DNA of 63,561 bases, counting the filler, from Eubacteriales bacterium (lineage in GTDB: Bacteria > Bacillota > Clostridia > Oscillospirales > CAG-382): the NCBI GenBank assembly GCA_045636665.1. It is 6 parts of 6 records of this genome, joined end to end, with 100 filler letters (N's around TTAATTAATTAA, not from the genome) between each part and the next. Parts side by side here need not be neighbours in the genome. Positions count along the whole stretch, not along the records: positions 17,541 to 40,246 come from JAZTXY010000080.1; positions 40,347 to 51,528 come from JAZTXY010000082.1; 4 more parts are not named here. One strand, written 5' to 3'. Positions 31,158-41,677 of the stretch are shown in pieces. A program made the translations under genes and the position numbers. The notes beneath the pieces were generated by a model. The model did no database searches and was not told the DNA's origin. It saw nothing but the letters and a program-made list of their open reading frames with translations. Every line of letters begins with the position of its first letter. The stretch's first letter is position 1.

Positions 31158-33255
31158 AGGCCCCGGAAAAATAGTAATATTTTATTTGATTTTCTTTGTA
31201 GCGATCATTATCATTGCTAATACAATGTATTCCAATGATGGACGTTATGAAGAAATCGATTACAGTAAAGTCGTTACTATGTTCCAAAAGGAAGAGGTTA
31301 AGAGATATTATATCGATAGCGAAGGAACGCTATATATTTCTAAAACCGAAAACGACAAAGAAGAAGTCGATCTTACAACATTCGAATTTGTCCATTATTT
31401 ACAAGATATAAATCAGTTCAGATATGACCTTGGAGAGCTCATTATTGAGCAAACCGGAAAAGGTGTTCTTCAAAAGTACGATTATCAAGCTGTTGAACCC
31501 ATTCCGTGGTGGATGGCATATCTTCCGTATCTAATTGTAATTGTTATTCTTCTTGTTGTATTTTGGCTCTTTATCGCTCGTACCTCCAAAAACGGAAGCG
31601 GCGGCGGTATGGGACTCGGCAAGATGAATTCTTTCAGCAAGGCGAGAACAAAGCTCGGTAGCGACGAAAAGAAAAAGGTTCTGTTTACCGACGTTGCGGG
31701 TGCTGATGAAGAAAAGGAAGAGCTTCAAGAGGTTGTCGATTTCTTGAAGAATCCCAACAAGTTTTCCGATCTCGGAGCACGTATTCCCAAGGGCGTGTTG
31801 CTTATAGGCCCTCCCGGTACCGGTAAAACGCTTCTTGCAAAAGCAGTTGCAGGCGAAAGCGGCGTACCCTTTTACTCGATTTCCGGTTCGGATTTCGTTG
31901 AAATGTATGTTGGTGTCGGTGCTTCTCGTGTTAGAGACCTTTTTGAAACTGCAAAGAAAACGTCGCCCTGTATCATCTTTATTGATGAAATCGATGCCGT
32001 AGGCCGTCACAGAGGCGCAGGCCTTGGCGGCGGACACGACGAACGCGAACAAACTCTTAACCAATTGCTCGTAGAAATGGACGGCTTTGGCGTAAATGAC
32101 GGCGTTATTGTTATTGCCGCAACTAACCGTCCCGATATACTCGACCCTGCACTTATGCGTCCCGGTCGTTTTGACCGTCAGGTTACCGTTAATCTTCCCG
32201 ATATTAAGGGCAGAGAAGAAATTTTGAAGGTACACGCAAAGGGCAAGCCGTTGGGAAGCGACGTAGATCTTGCAACCATTGCAAAATCTACTGCCGGATT
32301 CACAGGTGCAGACCTTGCAAATCTTCTTAACGAAGCGGCACTTTTGGCGGCAAGAAAGAAGAAAAATATCATCAATACGAATGATATCGAAGAATCTACG
32401 ATTAAGATTATCGTTGGTCCTCAAAAGAGATCTAAAATCATCTCTCCCGATGATAAGCTCAAAACCGCTTATCACGAAGCCGGACATGCAATCGTTACAC
32501 GTCAGCTCGGCACTCAAGACCCCGTGCACCAAATTTCTATTATCCCCAGCGGTAGAGCGCTTGGCTATACACTTTCGTTGCCCGAAAAGGAAAAGGTCAG
32601 TGTATACAAAAAAGGCCTTCTTGACGAAATTTGTATACTTCTCGGCGGCCGTGCGGCTGAAAAGATTATGTGTGACGATATATCGGGCGGCGCATCTAAC
32701 GACATGGAGCGCGCAACAGGTATCGCTCGTCAAATGATAACAAAGCTCGGCATGAGCGATATTCTCGGCCCCGTCGTATATTCCGAACAGAATAATGAAG
32801 TTTTCCTTGGTAAAGACCTCGGTACAACTAAAAACTATTCAGAAAAAGTTGCAGAACAAATTGACGAAGAAGTTTATAAGTTTGTTATGCAAGGATACGA
32901 ACGTGCTTTGAAGATTCTTGAAGAAAATAAAGATATTATGATCTTCATTGCAAATTATCTTATCAAACACGAAGTTATGGATGCCGAACAGTTCGAACTT
33001 TGTTTTGCCGAAGGCGTAACCGAAGAAATGCTTGATGAAGTTACTGCCAGAAAGAAGAAGGTTGCTGAGGCCGATAGCGAAACTCGCAAGGAAGAACTCA
33101 AAAAGAAGAAAAAGAAAGCTTCTAAAACCACCGAAACTGCAGATACAGAAGAAATTTTTCCTGAAAAAGACGCAAAATCCGATGAAAAGGAAAATAATTC
33201 CGACGAAGGAAGCGACGAAGGCGATATTTTCTCTGATGACATTTTGAATCACTGA
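31147..33255 (+). CDS. ftsH: ATP-dependent zinc metalloprotease FtsH
   Basis: Two TM segments, [20 protein letters not shown]. Confidence 0.97.
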   Translation: MKNKGPGKIVIFYLIFFVAIIIIANTMYSNDGRYEEIDYSKVVTMFQKEEVKRYYIDSEGTLYISKTENDKEEVDLTTFEFVHYLQDINQFRYDLGELIIEQTGKGVLQKYDYQAVEPIPWWMAYLPYLIVIVILLVVFWLFIARTSKNGSGGGMGLGKMNSFSKARTKLGSDEKKKVLFTDVAGADEEKEELQEVVDFLKNPNKFSDLGARIPKGVLLIGPPGTGKTLLAKAVAGESGVPFYSISGSDFVEMYVGVGASRVRDLFETAKKTSPCIIFIDEIDAVGRHRGAGLGGGHDEREQTLNQLLVEMDGFGVNDGVIVIAATNRPDILDPALMRPGRFDRQVTVNLPDIKGREEILKVHAKGKPLGSDVDLATIAKSTAGFTGADLANLLNEAALLAARKKKNIINTNDIEESTIKIIVGPQKRSKIISPDDKLKTAYHEAGHAIVTRQLGTQDPVHQISIIPSGRALGYTLSLPEKEKVSVYKKGLLDEICILLGGRAAEKIMCDDISGGASNDMERATGIARQMITKLGMSDILGPVVYSEQNNEVFLGKDLGTTKNYSEKVAEQIDEEVYKFVMQGYERALKILEENKDIMIFIANYLIKHEVMDAEQFELCFAEGVTEEMLDEVTARKKKVAEADSETRKEELKKKKKKASKTTETADTEEIFPEKDAKSDEKENNSDEGSDEGDIFSDDILNH

Positions 33256-33259
33256 TAAA

Positions 33260-33301
33260 AACTCTGTCGCAGGTTAATTTTACTTGCGACAGAGTCATTT
33301 T
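33260..33301 (+). terminator. Terminator after ftsH
   Basis: ACTCTGTCGCA/TGCGACAGAGT stem with a T-rich tail. Confidence 0.65.
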
Positions 33302-33359
33302 ATGTATAATTATTTTTTATTCCGTCAAACCTTTATATATAATAATTGGAGGTTTGACC

Positions 33360-34598
33360 ATGGAAAAAGGCAAAATTGTAATTACAAAGCGGTTTGTTTT
33401 CACAGTAACTTCGCTTGCTGTATTAATTTTCATTGTAATTTTCACAATCGTTACGTTTGCAATCAAAGAACAAAGCGAAATTTCAAATATTGATACCGAA
33501 AACAGTGTTGAATCGAATATTGCAGAAGAAATCACATCGGATGAAAATTCCGATAATTATGATTTTAGCGATGAGCTTTCGGATACTGTTTTTGAAGACA
33601 TTTCCGAAGTTTCGGACAATTTGGATATATCCGAAGTAAGCGACGAAGTAGAAAATGAAAACGTTTTTGAACACGGTTGGGTTATTAACGAGTATGGGTA
33701 TACCTATGTTTATAATGATTGCGGGTATGAACAATTCAACTATAAAAAATCCGCGCTTCAAAGATATGTAAATACCTTGAATAATTTCGCTTCGCTTTTA
33801 CCCGAAAGCACACGGATTTTTTCAATAACCGTGCCTGTTTCTTCAACCTTTGCAGATATCCCTCGTGAAATTTACGTTGCTGATAACTTTTATAATCAAG
33901 CGCAATCGACATTCGTTTCAACGGTAGCCAATCTTACCGATAGGAGAATTGTTCACATCGATATCATTGATGCTCTTGAAGCGAGTTATGACAACGGTAA
34001 TTACGTTTTTTATCGCACAGATAAAAATTGGACATCCGAAGGCGCGTTTCTTGCATACAGTAAGTTTTGCGAAACTGCAAATATTGAACCGCTTCCGATA
34101 AGCTCATTTCCTCGGCATACTGTATCGGGATTTCTCGGCTCTTTTTATAACGCAACAAAGTCTGCTTTAATGAAAAATTCACCCGATGAATTTATTTATT
34201 ATACCCCGTCGCAGACTGTAAAAACCTCATTAACAGTTTATGATAACGGCAAGATATATGAAAATTATTCAGTTTGCGGAAACAAGGTTAATCAGTACTC
34301 TCCGCAAAACGTGTTTTTAGGCCGTGAAGCCGAACGTTATGAGATACACACCACGACTATGGGCGGAAGCCTTTTGATAGTTGGCGACGAAAGCGTTTAC
34401 CCGATAATTCCTTTTTTAACATCGCATTATAATCGAATTGACGTTATTAATCCAAACAGATTCGAAACGTCGTTAGAAGACTTTTTAGAAAACAGAAAAT
34501 ATGATGACTGCATATTGATGTGTTACTCAACCAATTCAATAAGTGGTGATTATATACCAACACTAAATTCACTTACCGGAGTTATTACAGATGAGTAA
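33360..34598 (+). CDS. DHHW-like membrane-anchored protein with degenerate motif
   Basis: Single TM, acidic linker, YVFYRTDKNW (compare YYRTDHHW), FLGSFY. Confidence 0.7.
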   Translation: MEKGKIVITKRFVFTVTSLAVLIFIVIFTIVTFAIKEQSEISNIDTENSVESNIAEEITSDENSDNYDFSDELSDTVFEDISEVSDNLDISEVSDEVENENVFEHGWVINEYGYTYVYNDCGYEQFNYKKSALQRYVNTLNNFASLLPESTRIFSITVPVSSTFADIPREIYVADNFYNQAQSTFVSTVANLTDRRIVHIDIIDALEASYDNGNYVFYRTDKNWTSEGAFLAYSKFCETANIEPLPISSFPRHTVSGFLGSFYNATKSALMKNSPDEFIYYTPSQTVKTSLTVYDNGKIYENYSVCGNKVNQYSPQNVFLGREAERYEIHTTTMGGSLLIVGDESVYPIIPFLTSHYNRIDVINPNRFETSLEDFLENRKYDDCILMCYSTNSISGDYIPTLNSLTGVITDE

Positions 34599-35355
34599 AA
34601 CTATACTTGGCGGATTCGTTTCGATTAAAAGTGTAATCGAAGCGAAAAGCAGAAAAATATTTAACATCTATATCGAAAAGTCGCGTTATGAAAATATAAT
34701 GCGCTCTAATTTAAGAGTGCCCGAACAAAGACAATACTCTGCGCTTTTAAATTGCGGCGCAGAATGCAAATTCGTTTCACAAGAAGAATTTGAAAAGCTT
34801 ATGCCCAACGCAAATGCAGGCGGAGTTGCCGCTGAAGTAGGAGAGAGAATATTTACACCGAGCGAAGAAGTTTTGTCTATTCGCAACGGTTACATAGCTG
34901 TTCTTGACGGAATCGAGGACCCCTTTAATTTTGCCTACGCATTGCGTTCACTTTATGCCGCTGGTGTAGATGCTGTAATTTTACCTGAACGAAACTTCTT
35001 TACAGCAAGTGATACCGTTATACGTTCTTCTGCAGGCGCATCCGAACTTATTAAAGCGTGTTGCGTACCCGACCTTGCGAAAGCTTGCAAGGACCTTAAA
35101 AATAACGGATATTTTATAGTTTCTACCGCAAAAAATGCCAAATCCAAGGATATGTACCGTTGTAAATTCAACAGACCGTTATGCGTGGTTTTCGGCGGTG
35201 AAAAGCGCGGTATTAACAGCGAAATACTTGACCTTTCAAATATGTGTGTAAAGATTAAATATCCAAGAGACTGCCACTACTCGCTTCCTGCTTGCAGTGC
35301 AATTTCTGTTATTGCGTTTGAAATTGCTCATAAATTAGATTCATACAATAGGTGA
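34591..35355 (+). CDS. TrmH/SpoU-family RNA methyltransferase
   Basis: LDGIEDPFNF, RSSAGASE, FGGEKRGI. Confidence 0.9.
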   Translation: MSKTILGGFVSIKSVIEAKSRKIFNIYIEKSRYENIMRSNLRVPEQRQYSALLNCGAECKFVSQEEFEKLMPNANAGGVAAEVGERIFTPSEEVLSIRNGYIAVLDGIEDPFNFAYALRSLYAAGVDAVILPERNFFTASDTVIRSSAGASELIKACCVPDLAKACKDLKNNGYFIVSTAKNAKSKDMYRCKFNRPLCVVFGGEKRGINSEILDLSNMCVKIKYPRDCHYSLPACSAISVIAFEIAHKLDSYNR

Positions 35356-35952
35356 AACGATAATTTGGGGAATTTCTCCGACAATCAATATTTCAGAAAG
35401 TATTAACGTTGTGGTGATTTTGCATTTCGTTTTGTGAAACGGCGCAACACATCTAACCTCGGTATCAAAAACAGTTGTTACTCTGTGCAAGCTTTGGTTA
35501 ATTCCGCTTGAAAGCAATTCGCTTTTTGGTTCTTGCGCGGTAGATGCCAACGGCAATATATCGATGCCTATAAGCGGTCCTTTACCCGATAAAATTTTTA
35601 GCCCAAATAGATTTCCCAAAGGTATTTGGGCGTTTAACGTTAGATCCTTTAATTGGTTTAATATATCCTCTTCTATTTCAAGTAAAATTGTATTTAGCAA
35701 TGCGGAATTAATTGTTATTGATGAAATTTGCCCTTCAGACGTACTGCTGACCTTTGTAATTTCATTAAATTGTATATTGCGCGAATTGATATTTTGAGTT
35801 AATATTCTATTGATGTCTATTTTAAGGTTTGCTTTTACGATTGTTTCTGTAAACTCATCGAAGGCTTCGGAATAATTATTGGCCAACGGTAATATTATCG
35901 CCGCTATAATCAATGCCAATGAAACCGCAATGCATAATAGTCTTTTTTTCAA
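35341..35952 (-). CDS. yunB: Sporulation protein YunB-like
   Basis: IPLGNLFG..ILSGKGP, SSGINQSLHR, IVGEIP. Confidence 0.85.
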   Translation of the reverse strand: MKKRLLCIAVSLALIIAAIILPLANNYSEAFDEFTETIVKANLKIDINRILTQNINSRNIQFNEITKVSSTSEGQISSITINSALLNTILLEIEEDILNQLKDLTLNAQIPLGNLFGLKILSGKGPLIGIDILPLASTAQEPKSELLSSGINQSLHRVTTVFDTEVRCVAPFHKTKCKITTTLILSEILIVGEIPQIIVSPIV

Positions 35953-36015
35953 TTAATCACCCCTTTAGATTATATTAAGGTATTTGAACTTTTTTTCATT
36001 ATCAAGAGGTTTGTT

Positions 36016-36888
36016 ATGAAAATTTTGTATTCAAAAAAAGATATATTAAAGACAATTTATATCTGCATAGGTACGTTCATATTTGCCTTGGGTATCAATA
36101 TTTTCGTTGTTCCTACGGGTTTGTATTCGGGCGGCTTTTTGGGAACAGCGCAAATTATTCGTACAGTGATTGAAAAAATTTCCGGAATGACTTTTGCTTT
36201 TGACATTTCGGGTATCATTTCATTTGTTTTGAATATTCCTTTATTGCTATTAGTATATAAAACAGTAGGAAATAAATTTGTTTTCAAAACAGCCTTTTGT
36301 TTGGGCTTTCAGACGATATTGCTTTCAATCCTTCCGATTAAGCCCATTATTGAAGACCCGTTGACAGCTTGTATAATCGGCGGTTTGTTGTACGGATTCG
36401 GTGTTGGTCTTATTTTACGCAACGGCGGATCAAGTGGCGGTGTTGACGTAATCGGTATGTATTTTGCAAAGAAAAGCAAAATAAGCGTTGGCAGAGTTGC
36501 TCTTACTATAAATGTTTTCGTATACGTAATTGCGTTTTTACTTGTAAGAGACGTTGAAAAGATTATCTATACGCTTATTTACGCAGGTATCAGCACAATC
36601 GCGCTTGATAGAATGCATATACAAAATATAAATAGCGAAGTAATTATTATTTCTCAAAAGAACAACGCCGAAATTCAAGAAGCGTTGATGAAGGAAATGC
36701 GACGCGGTGTTTCGTATTGGGACGGTTACGGTGCATATACAGGCGAGGGAAGACGTGTTCTGTATGTCGTCGTTTCAAAATACGAGCTTCCTAATCTTCA
36801 CAAAATAGTTGCTCGTATCGATCCAAAAGCTTTTATTTCGGTTAAAAATGGCGTAGACATTACTGGTAATTTCGAAAAACGTTTGTAA
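36016..36888 (+). CDS. YitT-family membrane protein
   Basis: GLYSGG, LNIPL, GGSSGGVD, RGVSYWDGYGAYTG, IDPKAF. Confidence 0.9.
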   Translation: MKILYSKKDILKTIYICIGTFIFALGINIFVVPTGLYSGGFLGTAQIIRTVIEKISGMTFAFDISGIISFVLNIPLLLLVYKTVGNKFVFKTAFCLGFQTILLSILPIKPIIEDPLTACIIGGLLYGFGVGLILRNGGSSGGVDVIGMYFAKKSKISVGRVALTINVFVYVIAFLLVRDVEKIIYTLIYAGISTIALDRMHIQNINSEVIIISQKNNAEIQEALMKEMRRGVSYWDGYGAYTGEGRRVLYVVVSKYELPNLHKIVARIDPKAFISVKNGVDITGNFEKRL

Positions 36889-36899
36889 ACGAGGCAAAA

Positions 36900-37499
36900 A
36901 TGAATTTATTCTTAATATTAACTTATGCTATAAGCCTATCGATGGATGCGTTTGCGATTTCGATTTGCAAAGGTATTTCTTTGGGAAAACCAAAACTCAA
37001 AGATGCATTTATCGTTGGTGCGTACTTCGGTTTTTTCCAAGGTATTATGCCTTTAATCGGCTATTTCCTTGCAAATTCATTTAGTGATTACATAGAATTT
37101 ATTGACCATTGGGTAGCGTTTGTTCTGCTTTGCTTCATCGGTGGTAAGATGCTTTGGGAATGCTTCCATCCCGATGAGGATGAATGTGATTGCAACGCGC
37201 TTTCGTTCAAAACTATGGTCACAATGGCAATTGCAACAAGCGTCGATGCGCTTGCGGTCGGCATTGCTTTTTCCTGCGACGGTATGGAGCTCTATTCAAA
37301 CGGTTTGCTTCTTGGAATATTCGCTTCCTGCGCTATTATTTGCGTAACAACTTTTATACTCTCTGCGTTTGGTGTAAAAATCGGAAAAGTGCTTGAAAAC
37401 AAGCTCAAAAAACGTGCTGAGATTGCGGGTGGCGTTGTTCTTATTCTTCTTGGTTGCAAAATCTTATTCGAGCACCTTAGCGGTATTTCGATATTTTAA
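36900..37499 (+). CDS. mntP: MntP-family manganese efflux pump
   Basis: LSMDAFAISI, FQGIMP, DHW, ATSVDALAVG. Confidence 0.9.
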   Translation: MNLFLILTYAISLSMDAFAISICKGISLGKPKLKDAFIVGAYFGFFQGIMPLIGYFLANSFSDYIEFIDHWVAFVLLCFIGGKMLWECFHPDEDECDCNALSFKTMVTMAIATSVDALAVGIAFSCDGMELYSNGLLLGIFASCAIICVTTFILSAFGVKIGKVLENKLKKRAEIAGGVVLILLGCKILFEHLSGISIF

Positions 37500-37503
37500 A
37501 CAT

Positions 37504-37575
37504 AAAAAACGCGCTTCTTTTGAAGTGCGTTTTGTTTTTTACAGTAAAAAAGCTCCCGTTAAGGGAGCTTTTGTT
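37504..37575. terminator. Pair of terminator hairpins between convergent mntP and recR
   Basis: AAAACGCGCTTC/GAAGTGCGTTTT and AAAAGCTCCC/GGGAGCTTTT. Confidence 0.7.
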
Positions 37576-38163
37576 TTAAACTTCTGTTCTGCCTTCGATA
37601 GCTTTTAGTAATGTAAACGAGTCGGCATATTCAAGAGTTGCGCCAACGGGCAAGCCATACGCCAATCGTGTAACCTTAACACCAAACGGCTTTATTAAGC
37701 GTCCGAGATACATTGCTGTAGCTTCGCCTTCTACGCTGGGATTTGTTGCAATTATAACCTCTTTTACGTTTTCATCAAGCCTTGAAAGAAGCTCTTTAAC
37801 CTTGAGTTGATCAGGACCTACACCGTCAACGGGAGAAATTACACCGTGAAGCACGTGATATTTACCGTTAAATTCGTGCGTGTCTTCGATTGCTTCAAGA
37901 GCTTTGTTATCCTCGACTACGATAATGGTTTCATTATTACGAGTGGTGTTTGAGCAAATAACGCAACGTCCGGCTTCACAGTATGCCATACAAACGGGAC
38001 AAAGCTTAACATTGCCTTTAGCTTCCAAAATCGCATCCGAAAAAGAACGAACCTCGTCATCGGACATTTCGATAATTCTGTAAGCAAGTCGCGACGCGCT
38101 TTTTCTTCCGATACCCGGCAGGGAAGCGAAGCAATTCACAAGTTTTTCAATAGATGGTGTCAT
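37576..38163 (-). CDS. recR: Recombination mediator RecR
   Basis: LPGIGRKSA, C4 zinc finger, YHVLHG, ATNPSVEGEATA. Confidence 0.97.
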   Translation of the reverse strand: MTPSIEKLVNCFASLPGIGRKSASRLAYRIIEMSDDEVRSFSDAILEAKGNVKLCPVCMAYCEAGRCVICSNTTRNNETIIVVEDNKALEAIEDTHEFNGKYHVLHGVISPVDGVGPDQLKVKELLSRLDENVKEVIIATNPSVEGEATAMYLGRLIKPFGVKVTRLAYGLPVGATLEYADSFTLLKAIEGRTEV

Positions 38164-38178
38164 TAATCAGTGCTCCGA

Positions 38179-38529
38179 TTAAAACATACCGGGCATATTG
38201 GGAATGCCACCGGTGATTTTTGCCATTTCTTCGGAGTTGGTATCTTCAACACGCTTAATTGCTTCGTTAACTGCGGCAACAAGAATATCTTCAAGAGTTT
38301 CTTTATCATCGGGGTCGATAATTTCGGGCGCGAGAGAAATCGAAAGAATTTCCTTCTTACCGTTAATTTTTACGTTAACAACGCCGCCGCCTGCACTGAT
38401 ATCATATTCGCGTTCTTCGAGTTCGGCTTGTTTTGCAGCCATATCCTCTTGCATTTTTTGCGCTTGACGCATAAGGGAGTTCATATCTTGGGGGCCGCCG
38501 CCCATTCCTTTGGGAAGTCTAACTTTCAT
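38179..38529 (-). CDS. YbaB/EbfC nucleoid-associated protein
   Basis: QAQKMQ, AGGGVV, LEDILVAAVNEA; lies between dnaX and recR. Confidence 0.95.
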   Translation of the reverse strand: MKVRLPKGMGGGPQDMNSLMRQAQKMQEDMAAKQAELEEREYDISAGGGVVNVKINGKKEILSISLAPEIIDPDDKETLEDILVAAVNEAIKRVEDTNSEEMAKITGGIPNMPGMF

Positions 38530-38557
38530 TTTTATTCTCCTTTTAAGGTATTTTCAT

Positions 38558-40081
38558 TTAAAGCTCATTTATAAAAGAAATCTGATTATTGTTTTCTTTT
38601 ATATTTTCTACTTCTTCAAAAACGATTTCAACTTTTCGTCCGAGCACAGAAGCAAACGCGTTTGAAAGGTTATCAACGCCTTCAAAATGAATCATATCAA
38701 TTGCAAACTTTTCACCGCTTACGATGATTCTGTTACCATCGTAATAAACCTTTGTTTGTATTAAAAACGACAGTAATTGAGGGTTGCTCGAAAGAAAATC
38801 ATAAACATCCGAAATGTTAGCAAACTCGCTACGTTCGCCAGATTCATTTGAAACTTCAAGTGTGTTTTCGGTAACTTGGGTAGGAGCTTTTTTAATTTCT
38901 TCGGTAGCAGTGGTATTTTGAGGAACTATTCCTGTTGCCGCAAGAACGGAAAGCTTCTTTTCAAGCTCGGAAACACGCGCCGCTAACGCTTTGGGTGAAT
39001 CGGAAAGCGATTTATCACACATGCGAATTATCGCCATTTCAAGCACAGTACGCTTGTTCATAGCATATTTGGTAATGCGGCTTTGGGTTTCTTCGAGAAC
39101 GGAACTTATATAAAACAGTTGTTCAATGGTAAATGCTTCGGTGACATAGGAAAATTCGTTTTTAATCCTTGGGCTTTTACCGAATTTAGCAAGCTGTTTA
39201 TCAATAATCAAATCACGAACTCTTAACGAAACGTCATCAATAAAAACAGAAATGTCTTTTGAAGAACGGTGGATTTCGGAAATGACATTAATAGCTTCGG
39301 GAACGTTTTTTTCGGCAACTGCATTAAGCAGACCGAATATCATATCATCGCCCGCAAGTCCCAAAACGTTACGAACGGTTTGCTGAGTAAGAATATCAAC
39401 GTTTCCGTTAGCACAGGCTTCGAGAAGTGACAAAGCGTCGCGCATTGAACCGTCGGCAAGCTTTGCAAGCAGGGAAGAAACGCCATCGTCAAGTCGTATA
39501 CCTTCTTGTTCAGCGACATATTCTATACGAGCTTTAACGGCTTCTTCGTCGATACGCGAAAAATCAAAACGGATACATCGCGAAATAATAGTCGGTGGGA
39601 GTTCGTTAAGCTCGGTAGTAGCGAGGATGAAAACGATATACTCGGGTGGTTCTTCGAGTGTTTTCAACAAAGCGTTAAAAGCACTGTCGGTCAACATGTG
39701 AACTTCGTCGATTATATAAACGCGTTTTTTCAGTACCGACGGAGGATATACAACCTCATCACGAAGGTCGCGTATATTATCAACACGGTTATTACTTGCC
39801 GCGTCTATTTCGAGAACGTCGGTTGCGCTACCGGAATCGATAGAACGACAAGCAGAGCACTCATTACACGGATTGCCATTTTGAGGATTTTCGCAGTTCA
39901 CCGCTTTGGCAAGGATTTTCGCAGAAGAAGTTTTTCCGGTGCCGCGTGTGCCACAAAAAAGATATGCGTGAGAAACTCTGTTGTTTTCGCATTGCTTTTT
40001 CAAAATGGCAGTAATATGTTCTTGACCGCTGATTTCGTCGAAAATCTTCGGACGCCATTTTCTGTAAAGCGACAAATACAT
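38558..40081 (-). CDS. dnaX: DNA polymerase III gamma/tau subunit
   Basis: LYRKWRP, GTRGTGKT, DEVHML, LKTLEEPP, SRC. Confidence 0.97.
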   Translation of the reverse strand: MYLSLYRKWRPKIFDEISGQEHITAILKKQCENNRVSHAYLFCGTRGTGKTSSAKILAKAVNCENPQNGNPCNECSACRSIDSGSATDVLEIDAASNNRVDNIRDLRDEVVYPPSVLKKRVYIIDEVHMLTDSAFNALLKTLEEPPEYIVFILATTELNELPPTIISRCIRFDFSRIDEEAVKARIEYVAEQEGIRLDDGVSSLLAKLADGSMRDALSLLEACANGNVDILTQQTVRNVLGLAGDDMIFGLLNAVAEKNVPEAINVISEIHRSSKDISVFIDDVSLRVRDLIIDKQLAKFGKSPRIKNEFSYVTEAFTIEQLFYISSVLEETQSRITKYAMNKRTVLEMAIIRMCDKSLSDSPKALAARVSELEKKLSVLAATGIVPQNTTATEEIKKAPTQVTENTLEVSNESGERSEFANISDVYDFLSSNPQLLSFLIQTKVYYDGNRIIVSGEKFAIDMIHFEGVDNLSNAFASVLGRKVEIVFEEVENIKENNNQISFINEL

Positions 40082-40169
40082 CGTAAAAACCTCCCATAAT
40101 TAATTAATGAGATACAAAATATGACCATACACCAATGTCGAACACTACTTCCGCCCGGAAACCGAAAGA

Positions 40170-40246
40170 TCCCCTCAAAACAGGCACCCTTGCGGCACAT
40201 CCGTAGATCTGCTTAATGCTGCTTGGTTCCCCACCTGACATAATTC
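40170..40246 (-). ncRNA. ffs: Signal recognition particle RNA, 3' part (5' part lost at contig end; 3' end approximate)
   Basis: Minus strand GTCAGGTGGGGAACCAAGCAGC resembles SRP domain IV; lies upstream of dnaX as in Firmicutes. Confidence 0.85.
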
Positions 40247-40346
40247 NNNNNNNNNNNNNNNNNNNNNNNNNNNNNNNNNNNNNNNNNNNNTTAATTAATT
40301 AANNNNNNNNNNNNNNNNNNNNNNNNNNNNNNNNNNNNNNNNNNNN
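40247..40346. other. Artificial contig linker
   Basis: N run, TTAATTAATTAA, N run. Confidence 0.98.
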
Positions 40347-41429
40347 GGTGGTGCCTGCGGGAATGATGTTGCCCTTATAAAGCTTGAGCTTTACGGTACC
40401 GGTTACGAACTTATTGCTTTCGTTCGCAAACGCGGTGAGAGCTTCCTGCAAGGGAGAATACCATTTGCCGTTGTAAATAAGGTCTGCATAATCAACCGCA
40501 AGCTTTTGCTTAACGTGGAGAGTATCCTTGTCAACGGTGAGCATTTCGAGCATTTCGTGCGCGAAATAAAGGATAGATCCGCCGGGAGTTTCATAAACGC
40601 CGCGGTCCTTCATACCGACAAGACGGTTTTCAACGATGTCGATGATACCGATACCGTTTGCGCCGCCGATCTTGTTAAGCTCTGCGATAATCTTCGACGC
40701 CTTCATCTTTTCGCCGTTGTATGCAACGGGTGCGCCTGCTTCAAAGTCGATAGAGATATATGTAGGTTCATCGGGTGCCATCATAGGCGAAACGCCCATT
40801 TCAAGGAAGCCCGGCTTGTCATACATAGGTTCGTTTGCGGGGTCTTCAAGGTCAAGACCCTCGTGGCTTAAGTGCCAGAGGTTTTTATCCTTGGAATAGT
40901 TGGTTTCGCGGCTGATCTTCAAGGGAACGTTATGCGCTTCCGCATAATCGATTTCCTCATCGCGCGATTTGATATCCCATTCTCTCCAAGGAGCGATGAT
41001 TTTCATTTCGGGAGCGAAGCGCTTGATTGCAAGCTCAAAACGAACCTGGTCGTTACCCTTACCGGTTGCGCCGTGGCAAATAGCGTCTGCGCCTTCGGCA
41101 AGTGCGATTTCGGCAAGTGCTTTACCGATAACGGGACGCGCAAAAGCGGTACCGAGAAGATAGGTTTCATACTTCGCGTCCATTTTAAGCGCGGGGATGA
41201 TGATTTCATCAACCATTTCATCAACAAGGTCTGCAACGATAAGCTTGCTTGCACCGGTTGCGATTGCCTTTTCTTCAAGGCCTTCAAGCTCGTCTGCTTG
41301 ACCGACGTTACCTGCAACCGCGATGATTTCGGGGTTATTATAGTTTTCCTTAAGCCAAGGAATGATTATCGAAGTGTCAAGACCGCCCGAGTAGGCGAGA
41401 ACGATTTTTTTGATGTTTTCTTTGCTCAT
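40347..41429 (-). CDS. argG: Argininosuccinate synthase (3' truncated)
   Basis: [45 protein letters not shown] 41429 with GAGG RBS. Confidence 0.97.
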
Positions 41430-41469
41430 TTTCTTTTCCTCTGTGTATTTCAAACATTTTGCAAGTGTG

Positions 41470-41498
41470 ATTATAAACCCGAAAAATACAAAAGTCAA
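41470..41498 (-). promoter_or_regulatory. Sigma-A promoter of argG
   Basis: Minus strand TTGACT-17 nt-TATAAT. Confidence 0.75.
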
Positions 41499-41506
41499 TA
41501 GCAAAA

Positions 41507-41591
41507 TGAAAAAATATTCATAGTTTTTAATATTTTTTGCATATCAATGCATATTCTCTTGAATATATTGCATATTTATGCATATTATTCA
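41507..41591. promoter_or_regulatory. Cluster of ARG-box (ArgR/AhrC)-like operators
   Basis: TGAAAAAATATTCA 41507, TGCATATCAATGCA 41538, TGCATATTTATGCA 41569, plus overlapping imperfect copies. Confidence 0.75.
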
Positions 41592-41621
41592 CGTTTCTTG
41601 CATATTTTCGGATAATACAAG

Positions 41622-41655
41622 CAAAACGGCGCAACGCTTACGCTGTGCCGTTTTG
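41622..41655. terminator. Terminator-like hairpin after the TPM gene
   Basis: AAAACGGCGCA/TGTGCCGTTTT. Confidence 0.55.
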
Positions 41656-41677
41656 AATTTTCGATTCGATTTTTGCT

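Noticed and set aside
38887..38894. AAAAAAG in dnaX as a -1 frameshift site
   Set aside because: It is phased ATT AAA AAA GCT rather than A AAA AAG, and I see no downstream stimulatory hairpin.
17541..40246. The second contig looks more AT-rich, suggesting an island or bin contamination
   Set aside because: It carries core genes in conventional order; composition was not quantified, so this cannot be supported without tetranucleotide or coverage analysis.
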